A stretch of 64,000 nt of DNA from Candidatus Poribacteria bacterium (GTDB lineage Bacteria > Poribacteria > WGA-4E > WGA-3G). This document shows, piece after piece, positions 31,274 through 42,216 of the stretch (position 1 is its first letter; each line of letters opens with the position of its first letter). The notes below the pieces were generated by a model. The model was not told the origin of the DNA and ran no database searches. It worked only from the letters and a program-made list of their open reading frames with translations. Made by a program: the position numbers and the translations under genes. The stretch lies in contig CAXXUA010000004.1 in the NCBI GenBank assembly GCA_963663765.2, positions 1,088,001-1,152,000 of the forward strand, read 5' to 3'.

Positions 31274-32358
31274 TTTTCCTGAAGTTTTTTTGAGATATTT
31301 ACAAAGTGTTTAACGTTTTCAAAGGGTGTGTCTCTATGAAGTCCATGACTGAGATTTAGGATGTGACCTGTTTGTTGTCCCTGTTTCAGACACGTGTGAA
31401 CGGCTTCAGTAATGTCAGAGAATGCACCGTCGCGTAGAATATCGTTATCAACGTTCCCCTGAAATGCAACTGATTCCCCTAAATCCGTTTTGGTTTCCCT
31501 TATATCTACGCATTTTCCAACACTCAGTACATCTGCGCCACTTTGGTGCATTAAATTAACGTAAGGACACTCCTTTGCAAAAATGATACTTGGTACTTCT
31601 GAATTGAGTTCAGCAAAAATCCGTTGATGATATGGAAGCGCGAATTCTTCATACTTATGTTGAGACAACACATCGGCTACTGACTCGAATAGTTGGACTA
31701 TCTGAACACCTTGACTGATTTGGTAATTCAAATATTGTATTGTCATGTCAGTCAATTTATCTAACAGATGGTGCATAAGTTGCGGTGCTTCATTCATAAT
31801 TTCAAAAACAGGTGTTGCTTTATCTGAAATACCAGCACCCCTTTTCATCGGACTTTCTCCTGCTATCATAAAAAAAGCAAGCGTTAAGGGTGCACCAGCA
31901 AAACCGATCAACGGTAGTTCCGAATTCAATGTTTCGCGTAATGTACGTATCACGCAACCCGTGAACTCTAATTGCACATGCGGTTTGTCCAACGGGCAAA
32001 GTGAATCTACATGTGATTGTGAACGTATCGGTTGGTCTAAAACGGGACCGGGTAAGAATCGAAACTGAGCACCCATCGGGGCAAGCGGTGTCAAAATATC
32101 TTTATATACAATAATAGCGTCTACACCAATACGTTTGGGTAGAAGCGAGACTTTCACTACCAACTCTATATCAGAATCCGACATCGGGGCAGGACAGGTT
32201 CGGAACAAACGTTCTAATGGAAGGTTACACTTTGCTCTAATCTCGCGGTACTGTGGGTCTGATCTGCCAGCTTGCCGCATCATCCATACAGGTACACGCT
32301 CTACTGGTAGACATCTCGCCGCACGAAGAAGTAAATCATTTTTCAATTGTTGTGCCAC
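31270..32358 (-). CDS. hemE: Uroporphyrinogen decarboxylase
   Basis: PVWMMRQAGR, LIGFAGAP, HILNLSHG motifs. Confidence 0.95.
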   Translation of the reverse strand: MAQQLKNDLLLRAARCLPVERVPVWMMRQAGRSDPQYREIRAKCNLPLERLFRTCPAPMSDSDIELVVKVSLLPKRIGVDAIIVYKDILTPLAPMGAQFRFLPGPVLDQPIRSQSHVDSLCPLDKPHVQLEFTGCVIRTLRETLNSELPLIGFAGAPLTLAFFMIAGESPMKRGAGISDKATPVFEIMNEAPQLMHHLLDKLTDMTIQYLNYQISQGVQIVQLFESVADVLSQHKYEEFALPYHQRIFAELNSEVPSIIFAKECPYVNLMHQSGADVLSVGKCVDIRETKTDLGESVAFQGNVDNDILRDGAFSDITEAVHTCLKQGQQTGHILNLSHGLHRDTPFENVKHFVNISKKLQEN

Positions 32359-32403
32359 TTTAATTAAGAAATTTACGGGATAAAACTACTACACACCCTT
32401 GCA

Positions 32404-33324
32404 TTAACGCTGACGATTCACAAAATATATACCCAATGCTACTAATCCTGTACCTGTTAGAGAACCAAATGAAAGTGTTTCATCTGGGTACAAGTTGCTA
32501 AACAATACACCCGATAATTGACTAAATAAAACGCCTGAAACCGGCATTAGGAAAGAAAAAACAACTAATTTACTCGCCTTGTATTTTCTAAGTACCGATG
32601 TCAATATCAAAAAACAGAAACCAGTAACTATCCAACCTTGATATAACAGACCCACACTACTCAACAGTGTCCATTCGATCCTTTGTCCACGCTCAAAGAG
32701 GAAACTTATGAACAAAAGACATGGAATGCTTATACCTAACAACCAAACAAGCAAGCGATACGGGTAAATATCCTGAACAAATACCTTTGTCAATGTAATA
32801 CGGAGACCTAATGAACACGATGAAAGCACGACAATTAGGTCACCCATGAGTGTCATACTACCACCCCGAAGAGTCGGAACAAGGATAACCAAAACGCCTG
32901 CAAATGCCGTCAGCATGCCCGTTGTCTTTCCCAGAGTGAGTCGATCCCCCGGTAGCAAGAAATGTCCAAATAGAACAGTAAACAACGGATAAAGTGATAA
33001 TAATATCGTTGAACGAGTAGCACTTGTCAGATTCGTGCCAACGTTCAATGTAATGTAATGTAAGATGTAAAGTACAGCAATTATCAGCAAACGAGGGAAT
33101 TCTTTAACACGCAACCGCATTGAAATCCCATAATAAAATCCAATACCACCCACAACTACTATACCTAATATACAACGTAAAAGCGCCATCCTTATCGGTG
33201 GAAAACCTTGCAAGCCAGTTTTAACCGCAAGCGACCCTCCACCGATAAGGGAAACAACAAAAAGAACGAGGACTATCGTCTTACCAGAAGGATCTTCGTT
33301 CCTGATTTCTTTTTCTATCTTCAT
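32404..33324 (-). CDS. EamA/DMT family transporter
   Basis: ~10 TM helices in two EamA repeats; start set at MKIEK because the upstream extension lies in a MITE. Confidence 0.85.
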   Translation of the reverse strand: MKIEKEIRNEDPSGKTIVLVLFVVSLIGGGSLAVKTGLQGFPPIRMALLRCILGIVVVGGIGFYYGISMRLRVKEFPRLLIIAVLYILHYITLNVGTNLTSATRSTILLSLYPLFTVLFGHFLLPGDRLTLGKTTGMLTAFAGVLVILVPTLRGGSMTLMGDLIVVLSSCSLGLRITLTKVFVQDIYPYRLLVWLLGISIPCLLFISFLFERGQRIEWTLLSSVGLLYQGWIVTGFCFLILTSVLRKYKASKLVVFSFLMPVSGVLFSQLSGVLFSNLYPDETLSFGSLTGTGLVALGIYFVNRQR

Positions 33325-33341
33325 TGTCTGTGTCTTATTAA

Positions 33342-33503
33342 CAGGACTTACGCACACAACGGTAGGCGGTGAATGCCTAAAGAAGGATGCGCGTATGGCA
33401 TGCTCCATGATTCATACCGTTGATTTGGTGCTTTGTAGGCGGGGAATGCCAAAATGCATTCCCCGCCTACAAAGCACGCCTACCGTTGGGTGCGTAAGTC
33501 CTG
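33342..33503. mobile_element. Fold-back (palindromic) family C derivative
   Basis: The same C left arm at both ends, symmetric about the hairpin at 33441-33464. Confidence 0.75.
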
Positions 33504-33511
33504 ATAATATA

Positions 33512-33856
33512 TTATTGTGATAAACCCCTCTTTTTTCGACGTTCAATAAAATGTCTTAACTTCACAAAACTTTTTACGTTTTTCATAATTCTGCCGCTTT
33601 CCCGCTCCTCAAGATAGAGCAAAAAACCCATAACATATAGACTCACCAGAAACAGCAGAAATCCAATTACACACTGTGCCATTGCCCGATAGTTTAGTAT
33701 CAAACCAAGGTAAGGGGTGACAGTTACATCCTCAATCGTCACAGCATCTGGATTCTGCTCTGGCCAATCTATTGAAACAAATTCACCCCAACCTGTTATG
33801 CCAAGCGACAAAAATACTATTGATAACGCAAATACTAAAAAAAACGGGATACCCAT
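33512..33856 (-). CDS. Hypothetical two-TM membrane protein
   Basis: 114-aa ORF in line with flanking minus-strand genes. Confidence 0.65.
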   Translation of the reverse strand: MGIPFFLVFALSIVFLSLGITGWGEFVSIDWPEQNPDAVTIEDVTVTPYLGLILNYRAMAQCVIGFLLFLVSLYVMGFLLYLEERESGRIMKNVKSFVKLRHFIERRKKRGLSQ

Positions 33857-33869
33857 GATAGAATCTGAC

Positions 33870-34940
33870 TTATGAAGAGACCTTTATCAAACCTTTAGTG
33901 CAGCTATCTTCACGATTTCGCACCTTTGTAATGCCATCAACAAGCGATTCAAGTGGAAATTCGTGACTGATAATTTTGTCCATGTTTACATCACCACTGG
34001 AAATGAGGTCAACCGCCTCTTCCCATGTATTCGGTGCTAACCATGAGAACCTGATAGTCTTGTCCATAAGAATAGTATCAAGGATGGGAACTTGCATCAC
34101 ATCTTTGTCACCAGGAAGTCCAAAGATAACAACAGTAGCATGCCGACCCGTAACTTCCAATGCAGTGTGAATCGCTTCAAGCGAACTTGTAGCAGTAATG
34201 GCACGGTCAGCTAATTCTCCATCGTTCAACTCCTGAATAGTCGCACCAAGGTCTTCAACGTAGTGTGGTGAATCTGTATCACTGACGTTGACAACCACAT
34301 CAGCACCAAGTTCTTTCCCACAATCCAAACGATAATCACGCGTGCCAACTAACAGTACGTTCTTCAAACCGCGACTTTTCAAAACCTGTACCATCATCAA
34401 ACCGATTGGTCCAGGTCCGAAGACAACAGCTGTTTGTCCCTCTTCCGCGTTGAGATTGTTAACAGCATACAATCCACATGCAAGCGGTTCCGTAAGCGCG
34501 CCTTGGTCATACGTAACATTTTCGGGTAATTTGACTGCCCAACGGTAATCAGAGACAGCGTATTCCGCGAATCCACCATCTACACTAACACCTAAAATAC
34601 GTTTTTCTGGACAAAGGTTGGACAACCCTTTTTGACTCCAGAAAGAATTCGGATTGGATTGAACAGGATTGACGACAACTCTATCGCCAACCTTAAACCC
34701 ACCTGATTTTCTGGCTTCTCCTCCAACCTCAACGACCTCACCAGTAAATTCGTGCCCGAGGACAAGTGGTCCCTTCCCATCATCCGTTTCCAGTGAACTA
34801 TTGCCGTAATAGTATGCAACATCCGAACCACAGATACCCACTGACCGCACCTGAACTAACAGATCATTGTCACCAGCCGAAGGCACGGGTCGATCTTCAA
34901 GAGTCATTGATTCCGGTTCATAGAAAATTTGAGATTTCAT
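33870..34940 (-). CDS. Zinc-dependent medium-chain alcohol/polyol dehydrogenase (sorbitol/threonine DH-like)
   Basis: GICGSD, GHEFTG, GPGPIG motifs; start MKSQ after AGGAGG. Confidence 0.9.
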   Translation of the reverse strand: MKSQIFYEPESMTLEDRPVPSAGDNDLLVQVRSVGICGSDVAYYYGNSSLETDDGKGPLVLGHEFTGEVVEVGGEARKSGGFKVGDRVVVNPVQSNPNSFWSQKGLSNLCPEKRILGVSVDGGFAEYAVSDYRWAVKLPENVTYDQGALTEPLACGLYAVNNLNAEEGQTAVVFGPGPIGLMMVQVLKSRGLKNVLLVGTRDYRLDCGKELGADVVVNVSDTDSPHYVEDLGATIQELNDGELADRAITATSSLEAIHTALEVTGRHATVVIFGLPGDKDVMQVPILDTILMDKTIRFSWLAPNTWEEAVDLISSGDVNMDKIISHEFPLESLVDGITKVRNREDSCTKGLIKVSS

Positions 34941-35394
34941 TATATACCTCCTTAACAAAATGAATACTGGTTAGTTTATCATACCAACGTTTAATTTACA
35001 ATGGAATTTGTGTTCTGGAAAGGATATTCAGTTTCCTAATTTTTGGATTATTCAAAAAAGAAACCCCCGGTAGGAGCGACCCGGGGAATGCTATTTAGCA
35101 TTCATACCGTTGATTTGCCGGTCGCGATTTTCACAGAAAACGACTAAAATGCCAAAAACTAAATAACCCTGGTGTTCTGGGGTGTGTAAAGTTATTTGCA
35201 CGGTGTTGCCAGAAACTTTGCACACTCAATATGGTTGAGAACTGCTATCGACTTTGCTAAACTTTAGACACGTTTATCGCTAACAGCATCATTTCTCAAA
35301 GAGAATGGTAGCGATTCCAACTCAACCCACTCATCAACGATGGTTGCGAAGCTAATAAACATCAGCATTCCAGCTATCCTATGGTCATTTGATA

Positions 35395-38300
35395 CTATTT
35401 TAGAATCAACATCTTCCGCGTTGCAGTAAAGTTCCCAGTGTCTAATGTATAGAAATAGATACCGCTTGCAACCGACTCACCTACAGTGTTTTTACCATCC
35501 CAATGCGCTGCACGGCTACGACTCTGATAGATACCTGCAGCTTGATGTCCTAATGTCAATGTCCGAACAACTGTACCATTCGCAGCATAGATCGTCAAAG
35601 TGACCTTTGCAGGTTTCGCAAGGTGATACGGTATCCACGTCTCTGGGTTGAACGGATTCGGATAGTTCGCAAGGAGTGCTGTCTTTGCAGGAAGCAATGA
35701 TGCTAATAGTTTTTGAAGATTAGCAATACCATGTTGGAATGCTAAGGATCCGTCATTTTCAAGTTGTGCTTGGTCTATCCATGCTTGTATCAATTCAGGT
35801 GTTAATTCACTAATACTTACTACTAATATATTAGGTGCGGCAGCATCAGTATTTGCCGATGGGTCTGTTGTCTCCCCAAAGTGGCTTGCTACAATAATCA
35901 GGTCTTGAATATTGATCTCACCATCACGGTTTACATCTGTTCTTAGGTTTGCTGACTCACCTGAACCAAAATCTCTTGCTACGAGAACCAGATCCGCGAT
36001 ACTTATACGTCCATCTTGATTCACATCCCACGCGGGATATTCTCCTACAGTGATTGTAATATTTGGAGGAACAGTTGGGATGATTTCGCCACTAATAGAA
36101 CTAAACTCAGAATTTTCCAGTGTCACTTGTGTTTCACCACCTGCTTTTGCCTTGAATGTCACCGAAAGCAGTGTACCTGTGCCACTAACACCACTTTCAG
36201 CAATCCGCGCCGAATACAGATTTGTGATTAAACCCTCTGTGTTATCTATCGTGCCAGGTTGGAAGAAGGTTTCTCTACCTTCTGATTTCAAGAAATCCCC
36301 TTCGGTCACTTCAACTGCTTCAAGGATATTCGGATCAAACGATATGCCCCCTTGCCATCCTGCTAAGTCTGTAACCATTTCTGCGTTAAGGTTTAACGTG
36401 AAAGTATCACCAACGAGAAGGTTATCTGTCTCGGTTGCAGAAAATGTGAACCCGACACCTGGGGGTATCACTGTATACTCTGTCCCTTCTTCAAATCCAA
36501 AATAACCTTCAAATCGGTCTGGATATATGTAATTGTCAATTGCCACTAATAAAATATTAGATCCTTGCTGCAAGGTGACAGGTAAATAATATTCATAATC
36601 ATGTATATCACTTCCATTGTAACTTAGATCTTCTCGGATCAACCTCCCATTTAACCATATTTTGTAATTCCCCTCAGCCCCTACAAACATATTTGTGTTT
36701 TGTTCCTGTGGTGAATATATTACTATAGAACCGTAGACAACAGTATAGCGAACTGCGGGTTTGTCAATAGCATTTAGCATTTCTGTAATATTACCTCTAT
36801 TCGTGGTAGAGATACTATGAGTTATCCATTGGTTAGTCCCGACTGCTTCACCTTCCGTTGCACCATTGGTAGCGATCTCAGTTTCCGTTACGGAACCGCC
36901 AGTCATTTCTGCCAACAAATCTACATTGCTGTCAAGCCGTTTTCTTTGGATTGACAGCCATAACCAGGGACCTTCAATTTTCGGTCCTCCTACCGAAGCA
37001 CCAGGATTATTTAACCAATCTATATGTGTATGCTCACGTAACCCGTTTAAAGGAGATATGTCAGAAATAAGATTATCGCGTAGGATTAATATTTCCAAGT
37101 TGATTAGTCCAACAAGGTGTGATACGTCTAAGATCGTATTTCGGTGAAGTCTAAGTTGAGTCAAACTTGTTAATCCTGCTAACGGCGATACATCGGATAT
37201 CAACCTATTGTCGTATAGATTTAGATACTTTAACTTGGTTAATCCAGCGAGTGGTTTTAGATCAGATATTGAATCGTGGTGGAAGTCCAGACGTTCCAAG
37301 TTGATTAGTCCTGAAACAGGGGAGGCATCAGATATTTCTCTATTGCCACCGACTTCCAAATGTGTCAATCCTGTTAACCCTGCCAGCGGTGAAATGTCTT
37401 GTATGCCGCAGGCGTAAAACGTCAGTTTGTTTAAACTAGTTATCCCTGCCAGGGGTGTCAAATCCAAACTCCCAATTAACTTTCTGTTTGCATCTGTTGG
37501 GGTGTGTCCAAAGTCTAACCATCTCAGTTTTGTCAATCCTGCAAGTGGAGATAAATTGGATATAGGCGTTTCCCAAACACCTAAACCTACAAGATTTGTC
37601 AATTCTGAAAGTGGCGAAATGTCAGAAACAGGATTTTTTGAAATCCACAGCTCTTCCAAATTTATTGCGTACTCAATTCCTGTTAAATCTTTAATGTCCC
37701 TGTTACTTGCCCTTAGGATTGTTAATGTTTCTATTTCTTGCTTTGTAATTGGTACAAGGACATCCGTAGCAACCTTGCCAAGAGTCTCTGCAATTACCGC
37801 GCGAAGGTTCGGGTCGGGTATACCTACTTCTCCAAAAATTATATTTGTACTTTTGGATAGTTCCGCTAAAGGTGAAAAATCAGTTATAGGATTGTTAGTG
37901 AGTTTTAACCATTTAAGATTGGTTAAGTCTGCTAATAGTGATACATCTGAAATGTTATTTCGTTCAAGATTTAACCGTTCCAAACCTATTAGATTCTTTA
38001 AAAATGAGATATCTGAAATCTCACTATTGATAATATACATTTCTTTCAAACTTGTTAATTTTTCCAAAGGTGTTAGATCCGATTTCCCACCTCCCAAAAT
38101 TTCTAATTTTGTTAATTTTGGTAAGTTTGTTAGAGGGGATAAATCAGGAACTGGAGCACCGGAACTCCAGTAGTTAAAACTTTCTAAGTTACTCAATTCT
38201 GATATAGGAGACAAGTCGCCAGACTCCTCATAACTCATCCTTAGCCAGTTAAGATTCTTCATACCGATAAGGGGTTGGATGCTTGAAATCGGATTATCAT

Positions 38301-40353
38301 AAACAGACAGTCCACGTAAGTTCGTTAATCCACCAAGTGGTGAGAGGTCCGTTATCTCATTCCCATATATACCAAGCACCCCTAAATTTGTTAATCCCGC
38401 AAGTGCTGATATATCTGTTATCTCATTATCTGCCAACCATAACCCATCCATCTGTGTTAATCCCGCAACTGGAGAAATATCGGTAATCATATTTTTTCGA
38501 ATGTGCAAACTTCGCAAATTAATTGCATATTCAAGTCCTATAATATCGCTAATACCCATTTCTTCTGCATTAAGGTCAATAAGCGTAGCCATATCCTCCA
38601 CAGTAATCACATCATCCACTGCTTTGCCAAGTGCTTCCTCAATTGCTGCACGAAGGTTCGGATCGGGAATATTAACGGGAGCACCGGGTATAGGTTCTGG
38701 TATCGGTTCAATACTCTCAATCATATTCAACTCAGCAAGCACTGTGTCAAAGTTAGAAGTCCATGCATCACGTTTCACAGTTCCACCATCTACGACCAGC
38801 ACACCTAATAAATTCTGTAAGGTCGTATTCTTACTAATTATTTCAAGGAACGCGTCCGTTTCTAACCCAACCGTAGCAGCGGCTTGTGATGCACTGAGCG
38901 GACCCTGAAACACTTCATGGAATCGCTGGACTGGCTCAATACCACCGAACACACCACCTGCTGCTTCAAGTGCTGTCCTGTAACGTTGCGTATCTTCGTC
39001 AAGGAGGTTATCCATCACCGTTTTTTCCACATAGAGGTTTAATACACGTTCTTTGTTAAATGGCGGGTTCTCAACTTGTTCAACAACAGCCCGCACTTCG
39101 TCCTCGAATGTCTTCATGCCTTCCGTGTGGCACCCGATGCACGAAAGACCGTTCCGCACTGCGGGATCATTTGCAGCAGGATCTGAAACAATCTCTGTCG
39201 GTGCAACATCAAGCCGGGTACCGACACCATCTATAAGAAAATATGCCTGCAACCCATTTGGTAGGTTAAAGATAATTTCACCACCATCATGTGTGAAATC
39301 AAGCGGATGTGTAAAGATATTCTGTGAATCCGCACTTCCAGCAAAGTCGTAACTTTTCCAGTATGCACCATGCTGAGAGATGTGACGTTCAACGATGCGG
39401 TTATGTCTTGAAACACCTGAATCGTTGAAACCTGCGCGCCAAACGCGTTTTCCTGGGGCATTCTGCAGGTTTTCAATAACTGAGACGTTAAGAGCTGTCT
39501 CTAATTCACGGTCTGTTCCGGGAAGATCGAGAATATCGTTGTAGAGAGGTGGCAATGAAGCTGTCGCCAGAAACCAATCCACCTGCACAAACGGTACTTC
39601 ACAGTTCATATTTTGCTGTAACGTTGTAAGTTTCTCTTGTAGGTGTGTCTGTGTTGGCACGTCGAATGTCATTTGATAAGGATATGCTTGCTCAATCCGA
39701 GTCCATGCTTCGTTTCTGATATCCCATTCATAATCGCGTAGATCAATGTAGTAAACGGTTTCTGTTGCGTCAATAGGTTGCGGTTTAACAACATTGCGTC
39801 CCCAAGAGAGGCTGTTTATCAGCTTTGAGAGTGCGCGCCGATATGCGTTGAGTGCTTCAGTCGTTTCACCAGCATTATAGAGATGCGTCAACATAAAATA
39901 GCGTGCAAACGATCTGTCATGTTGGGAAAGAGAATTAACGTGGTTTTCAATCGTCTCAAGTATTGTATCCGTGGTAATGAAATAGGGTTTAGGTCTTGGT
40001 GCAGCGTTCCAATCGGGTGCACCTGCGGCAATCCATTGACGTATCGTCTCAATCGCTTCGGGGGCAAGCGGCGGTTGACTGAGTGGCATCCGTTTGGCAA
40101 TGTTCGTTTCGATGAGCCGTTGATAGAACACGGAATCACTTGGGTTTCCAGGGATGACTGTGCCACCTTCAATAAGTTCTTTGTATTCAATGATGAGTGA
40201 TTCCCGGTAGGATCCGTTTTCACCGTGGCATATTAGGCATGACTGCTCAAAAATTGCATAAGCCTCCTGAGCTAAATTCTGCTGTGCATTGACGTTTGCT
40301 ATAACAATGAAAAACAATAGAATACTGAGTATTTTAATCCTTTGAATATGCAT
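35395..40353 (-). CDS. Secreted multidomain protein: c-type cytochrome domains + internalin-like LRRs + cohesin + dockerin + FlgD-Ig/T9SS-like CTD
   Basis: CLICH and CIGCH heme motifs; IPDPNLRA caps and LRRs; AGWQ..FDP cohesin; DVNQDG/DVNRDG dockerin; LANYPNPFNPETWIPY..WDGKN..SGIYFY. Confidence 0.88.
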   Translation of the reverse strand: MHIQRIKILSILLFFIVIANVNAQQNLAQEAYAIFEQSCLICHGENGSYRESLIIEYKELIEGGTVIPGNPSDSVFYQRLIETNIAKRMPLSQPPLAPEAIETIRQWIAAGAPDWNAAPRPKPYFITTDTILETIENHVNSLSQHDRSFARYFMLTHLYNAGETTEALNAYRRALSKLINSLSWGRNVVKPQPIDATETVYYIDLRDYEWDIRNEAWTRIEQAYPYQMTFDVPTQTHLQEKLTTLQQNMNCEVPFVQVDWFLATASLPPLYNDILDLPGTDRELETALNVSVIENLQNAPGKRVWRAGFNDSGVSRHNRIVERHISQHGAYWKSYDFAGSADSQNIFTHPLDFTHDGGEIIFNLPNGLQAYFLIDGVGTRLDVAPTEIVSDPAANDPAVRNGLSCIGCHTEGMKTFEDEVRAVVEQVENPPFNKERVLNLYVEKTVMDNLLDEDTQRYRTALEAAGGVFGGIEPVQRFHEVFQGPLSASQAAATVGLETDAFLEIISKNTTLQNLLGVLVVDGGTVKRDAWTSNFDTVLAELNMIESIEPIPEPIPGAPVNIPDPNLRAAIEEALGKAVDDVITVEDMATLIDLNAEEMGISDIIGLEYAINLRSLHIRKNMITDISPVAGLTQMDGLWLADNEITDISALAGLTNLGVLGIYGNEITDLSPLGGLTNLRGLSVYDNPISSIQPLIGMKNLNWLRMSYEESGDLSPISELSNLESFNYWSSGAPVPDLSPLTNLPKLTKLEILGGGKSDLTPLEKLTSLKEMYIINSEISDISFLKNLIGLERLNLERNNISDVSLLADLTNLKWLKLTNNPITDFSPLAELSKSTNIIFGEVGIPDPNLRAVIAETLGKVATDVLVPITKQEIETLTILRASNRDIKDLTGIEYAINLEELWISKNPVSDISPLSELTNLVGLGVWETPISNLSPLAGLTKLRWLDFGHTPTDANRKLIGSLDLTPLAGITSLNKLTFYACGIQDISPLAGLTGLTHLEVGGNREISDASPVSGLINLERLDFHHDSISDLKPLAGLTKLKYLNLYDNRLISDVSPLAGLTSLTQLRLHRNTILDVSHLVGLINLEILILRDNLISDISPLNGLREHTHIDWLNNPGASVGGPKIEGPWLWLSIQRKRLDSNVDLLAEMTGGSVTETEIATNGATEGEAVGTNQWITHSISTTNRGNITEMLNAIDKPAVRYTVVYGSIVIYSPQEQNTNMFVGAEGNYKIWLNGRLIREDLSYNGSDIHDYEYYLPVTLQQGSNILLVAIDNYIYPDRFEGYFGFEEGTEYTVIPPGVGFTFSATETDNLLVGDTFTLNLNAEMVTDLAGWQGGISFDPNILEAVEVTEGDFLKSEGRETFFQPGTIDNTEGLITNLYSARIAESGVSGTGTLLSVTFKAKAGGETQVTLENSEFSSISGEIIPTVPPNITITVGEYPAWDVNQDGRISIADLVLVARDFGSGESANLRTDVNRDGEINIQDLIIVASHFGETTDPSANTDAAAPNILVVSISELTPELIQAWIDQAQLENDGSLAFQHGIANLQKLLASLLPAKTALLANYPNPFNPETWIPYHLAKPAKVTLTIYAANGTVVRTLTLGHQAAGIYQSRSRAAHWDGKNTVGESVASGIYFYTLDTGNFTATRKMLILK

Positions 40354-40461
40354 CACTATATTTCGCCTTCCCACTGAAAATTATAGATTTTATTCTGTCT
40401 TTTTTTAATACCTATAGAATATCTCATTGATATGTACTTGTCAAGTAACCAATCAACAAGG

Positions 40462-41076
40462 CAGGGTTATTTAGTTTTAGGTTTTTTTGATGAGTATTTG
40501 CTATAACGTTAATTTTATGTGTTGCCATCTTGTCCATGTCTTTAGTCCCGTAGGGACGATATGTTTATAGAAAAATGTTATCTACTTCTCTTGAGTTCCG
40601 TAGGAACGGCATATAAGAATAAACATATCGTCCCTACGGGACTAAAGAACTGGGAAGGTCACTCGTTTTCTATAAACATATCGTCCCTATGGGACTAAAT
40701 GGTTCTTTCGGCAATTAATTTTAGCATAAAATAAAAGTCTATTGCTGAAGAATCCAGTAGTCATCCGTTTAAGTAGGAGATCATCAATGGAAACATATTA
40801 TAAATACATAGCAAGAAAACCACTAAAGACCGATGTTCAGGTTTCAATAATCTAAAATTGATGTATAAGGTGCAGTTAGGAAACTGCATTTGGGTATTAA
40901 CTTTCAGTAAATCTCAATAACAGAAAACTTTTAAAACTGACAGGACTTACGCAGTTTTCATGATCCAATTAAGAATTAAGACGAAAACGATGTAATTTTC
41001 AGCATTTTTTAGGTTTCCGGCGCGCTTACAAAGCACGCCTACCGTTGGGTGCGTAAGTCCTGACTGAATAACCCTG
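40462..41076. mobile_element. Family B MITE with CGTCCCTACGGGACT REP doublets and a nested family C MITE (40941-41062)
   Basis: B TSD tcaacaagg (9 bp, perfect); C TSD actga (5 bp, perfect). Confidence 0.85.
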
Positions 41077-41295
41077 TCAACAAGGGGGTATGTAATTATC
41101 CTTACATTTGTCTGAACTAGGATTTTCAGGATTAGTAGATTTCCAGGATTACCCCATCAATGTTTATTGCTGAAGATTGGCTCAATGCACATCAGAAATC
41201 CTTGAAAAGAAAAATCCTGAAAATCTACTAATCTTGAATATCTTGGTTCTGACACATACTGAAACTTTACACACCTTTTATTTGACCAATCCGAT

Positions 41296-42147
41296 TCAAA
41301 AAATAGATTGTAGAGACAAAAACAGATACCGACTACAAAATTCACCCAGAAAAACCGTTATGATCGCAATGAATAGAAAACCTGTTGCCGCACGCGTAGC
41401 ACCGACTTCATCCTTCGCAACTGATTTTGGACGCAAACAGTCCCATGATATAAAATACACAAGCAGTGTAGCCGCAAACCCAATTCCTATTCGCATCCAA
41501 ATTAAGAGTTCAGAATGAAAGCTAAACGGTTCAGTATATTGGGTTTGCATCCTGAATATCATACCCATACAAAAAAGTATGATCATTCCGACCAGCGAAC
41601 ATAGTAGTAATGTGTTATACCTTCTCAGATAATGCACAGGTAATTCAGGCGTAACAAGGTACCAGTGACCAAACCACATGCCTGATTGAACTGCTCCCAA
41701 TAAGATCGCAGACATAAGAAACTGTAAAGGTAATAGGTATTGTGCGCCCGGGAATTGGACATCTGGTAAATAAGACAAAGCACTGAAAACGACCCCAACA
41801 ACCCCACTCACGACTGCAAAATAGAAAAATATCTGTGTAAATACCGGGGTTTTAAACCACAAACTTAGTGTATAAGCGATGACAGCATTTACAAAACTCA
41901 AAACGAAAACAGATTCATAGTTCGGTGCGGATCCAAAAAAATTCAAGAATGTAATAGGTTGTTCATGCAGGTACAGATTAGCACAACGGGCTAAGCTACC
42001 CACAAGCAGATAGATACCTCCCATCAACCGATAAAAGTTCGCACCAACCAAACCTTTCGGAATGAGGACCAAAACCGCTAACCCACCTACAGCAAGTTGA
42101 CTGAAAACAAGGTAAAAAATTTCTACGAGAATGAAATCTTCAAACAT
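41296..42147 (-). CDS. Polytopic membrane protein with GHWYL motif (DmsC/NrfD-like anchor, tentative)
   Basis: ~8 TM segments; FSQLAVG and MWFGHWYLV..AATGFLF. Confidence 0.55.
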   Translation of the reverse strand: MFEDFILVEIFYLVFSQLAVGGLAVLVLIPKGLVGANFYRLMGGIYLLVGSLARCANLYLHEQPITFLNFFGSAPNYESVFVLSFVNAVIAYTLSLWFKTPVFTQIFFYFAVVSGVVGVVFSALSYLPDVQFPGAQYLLPLQFLMSAILLGAVQSGMWFGHWYLVTPELPVHYLRRYNTLLLCSLVGMIILFCMGMIFRMQTQYTEPFSFHSELLIWMRIGIGFAATLLVYFISWDCLRPKSVAKDEVGATRAATGFLFIAIITVFLGEFCSRYLFLSLQSIF

Positions 42148-42216
42148 ATTTTACGTCATTTATACAAGACAACCCCATTACAGTTCAAGACCATAACGGG
42201 GTTGTGTATTTGTGTG

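Noticed and set aside
37427-38173. 248-aa plus-strand ORF and other antisense ORFs over long genes
   Set aside because: Shadow frames of the LRR and other coding regions.
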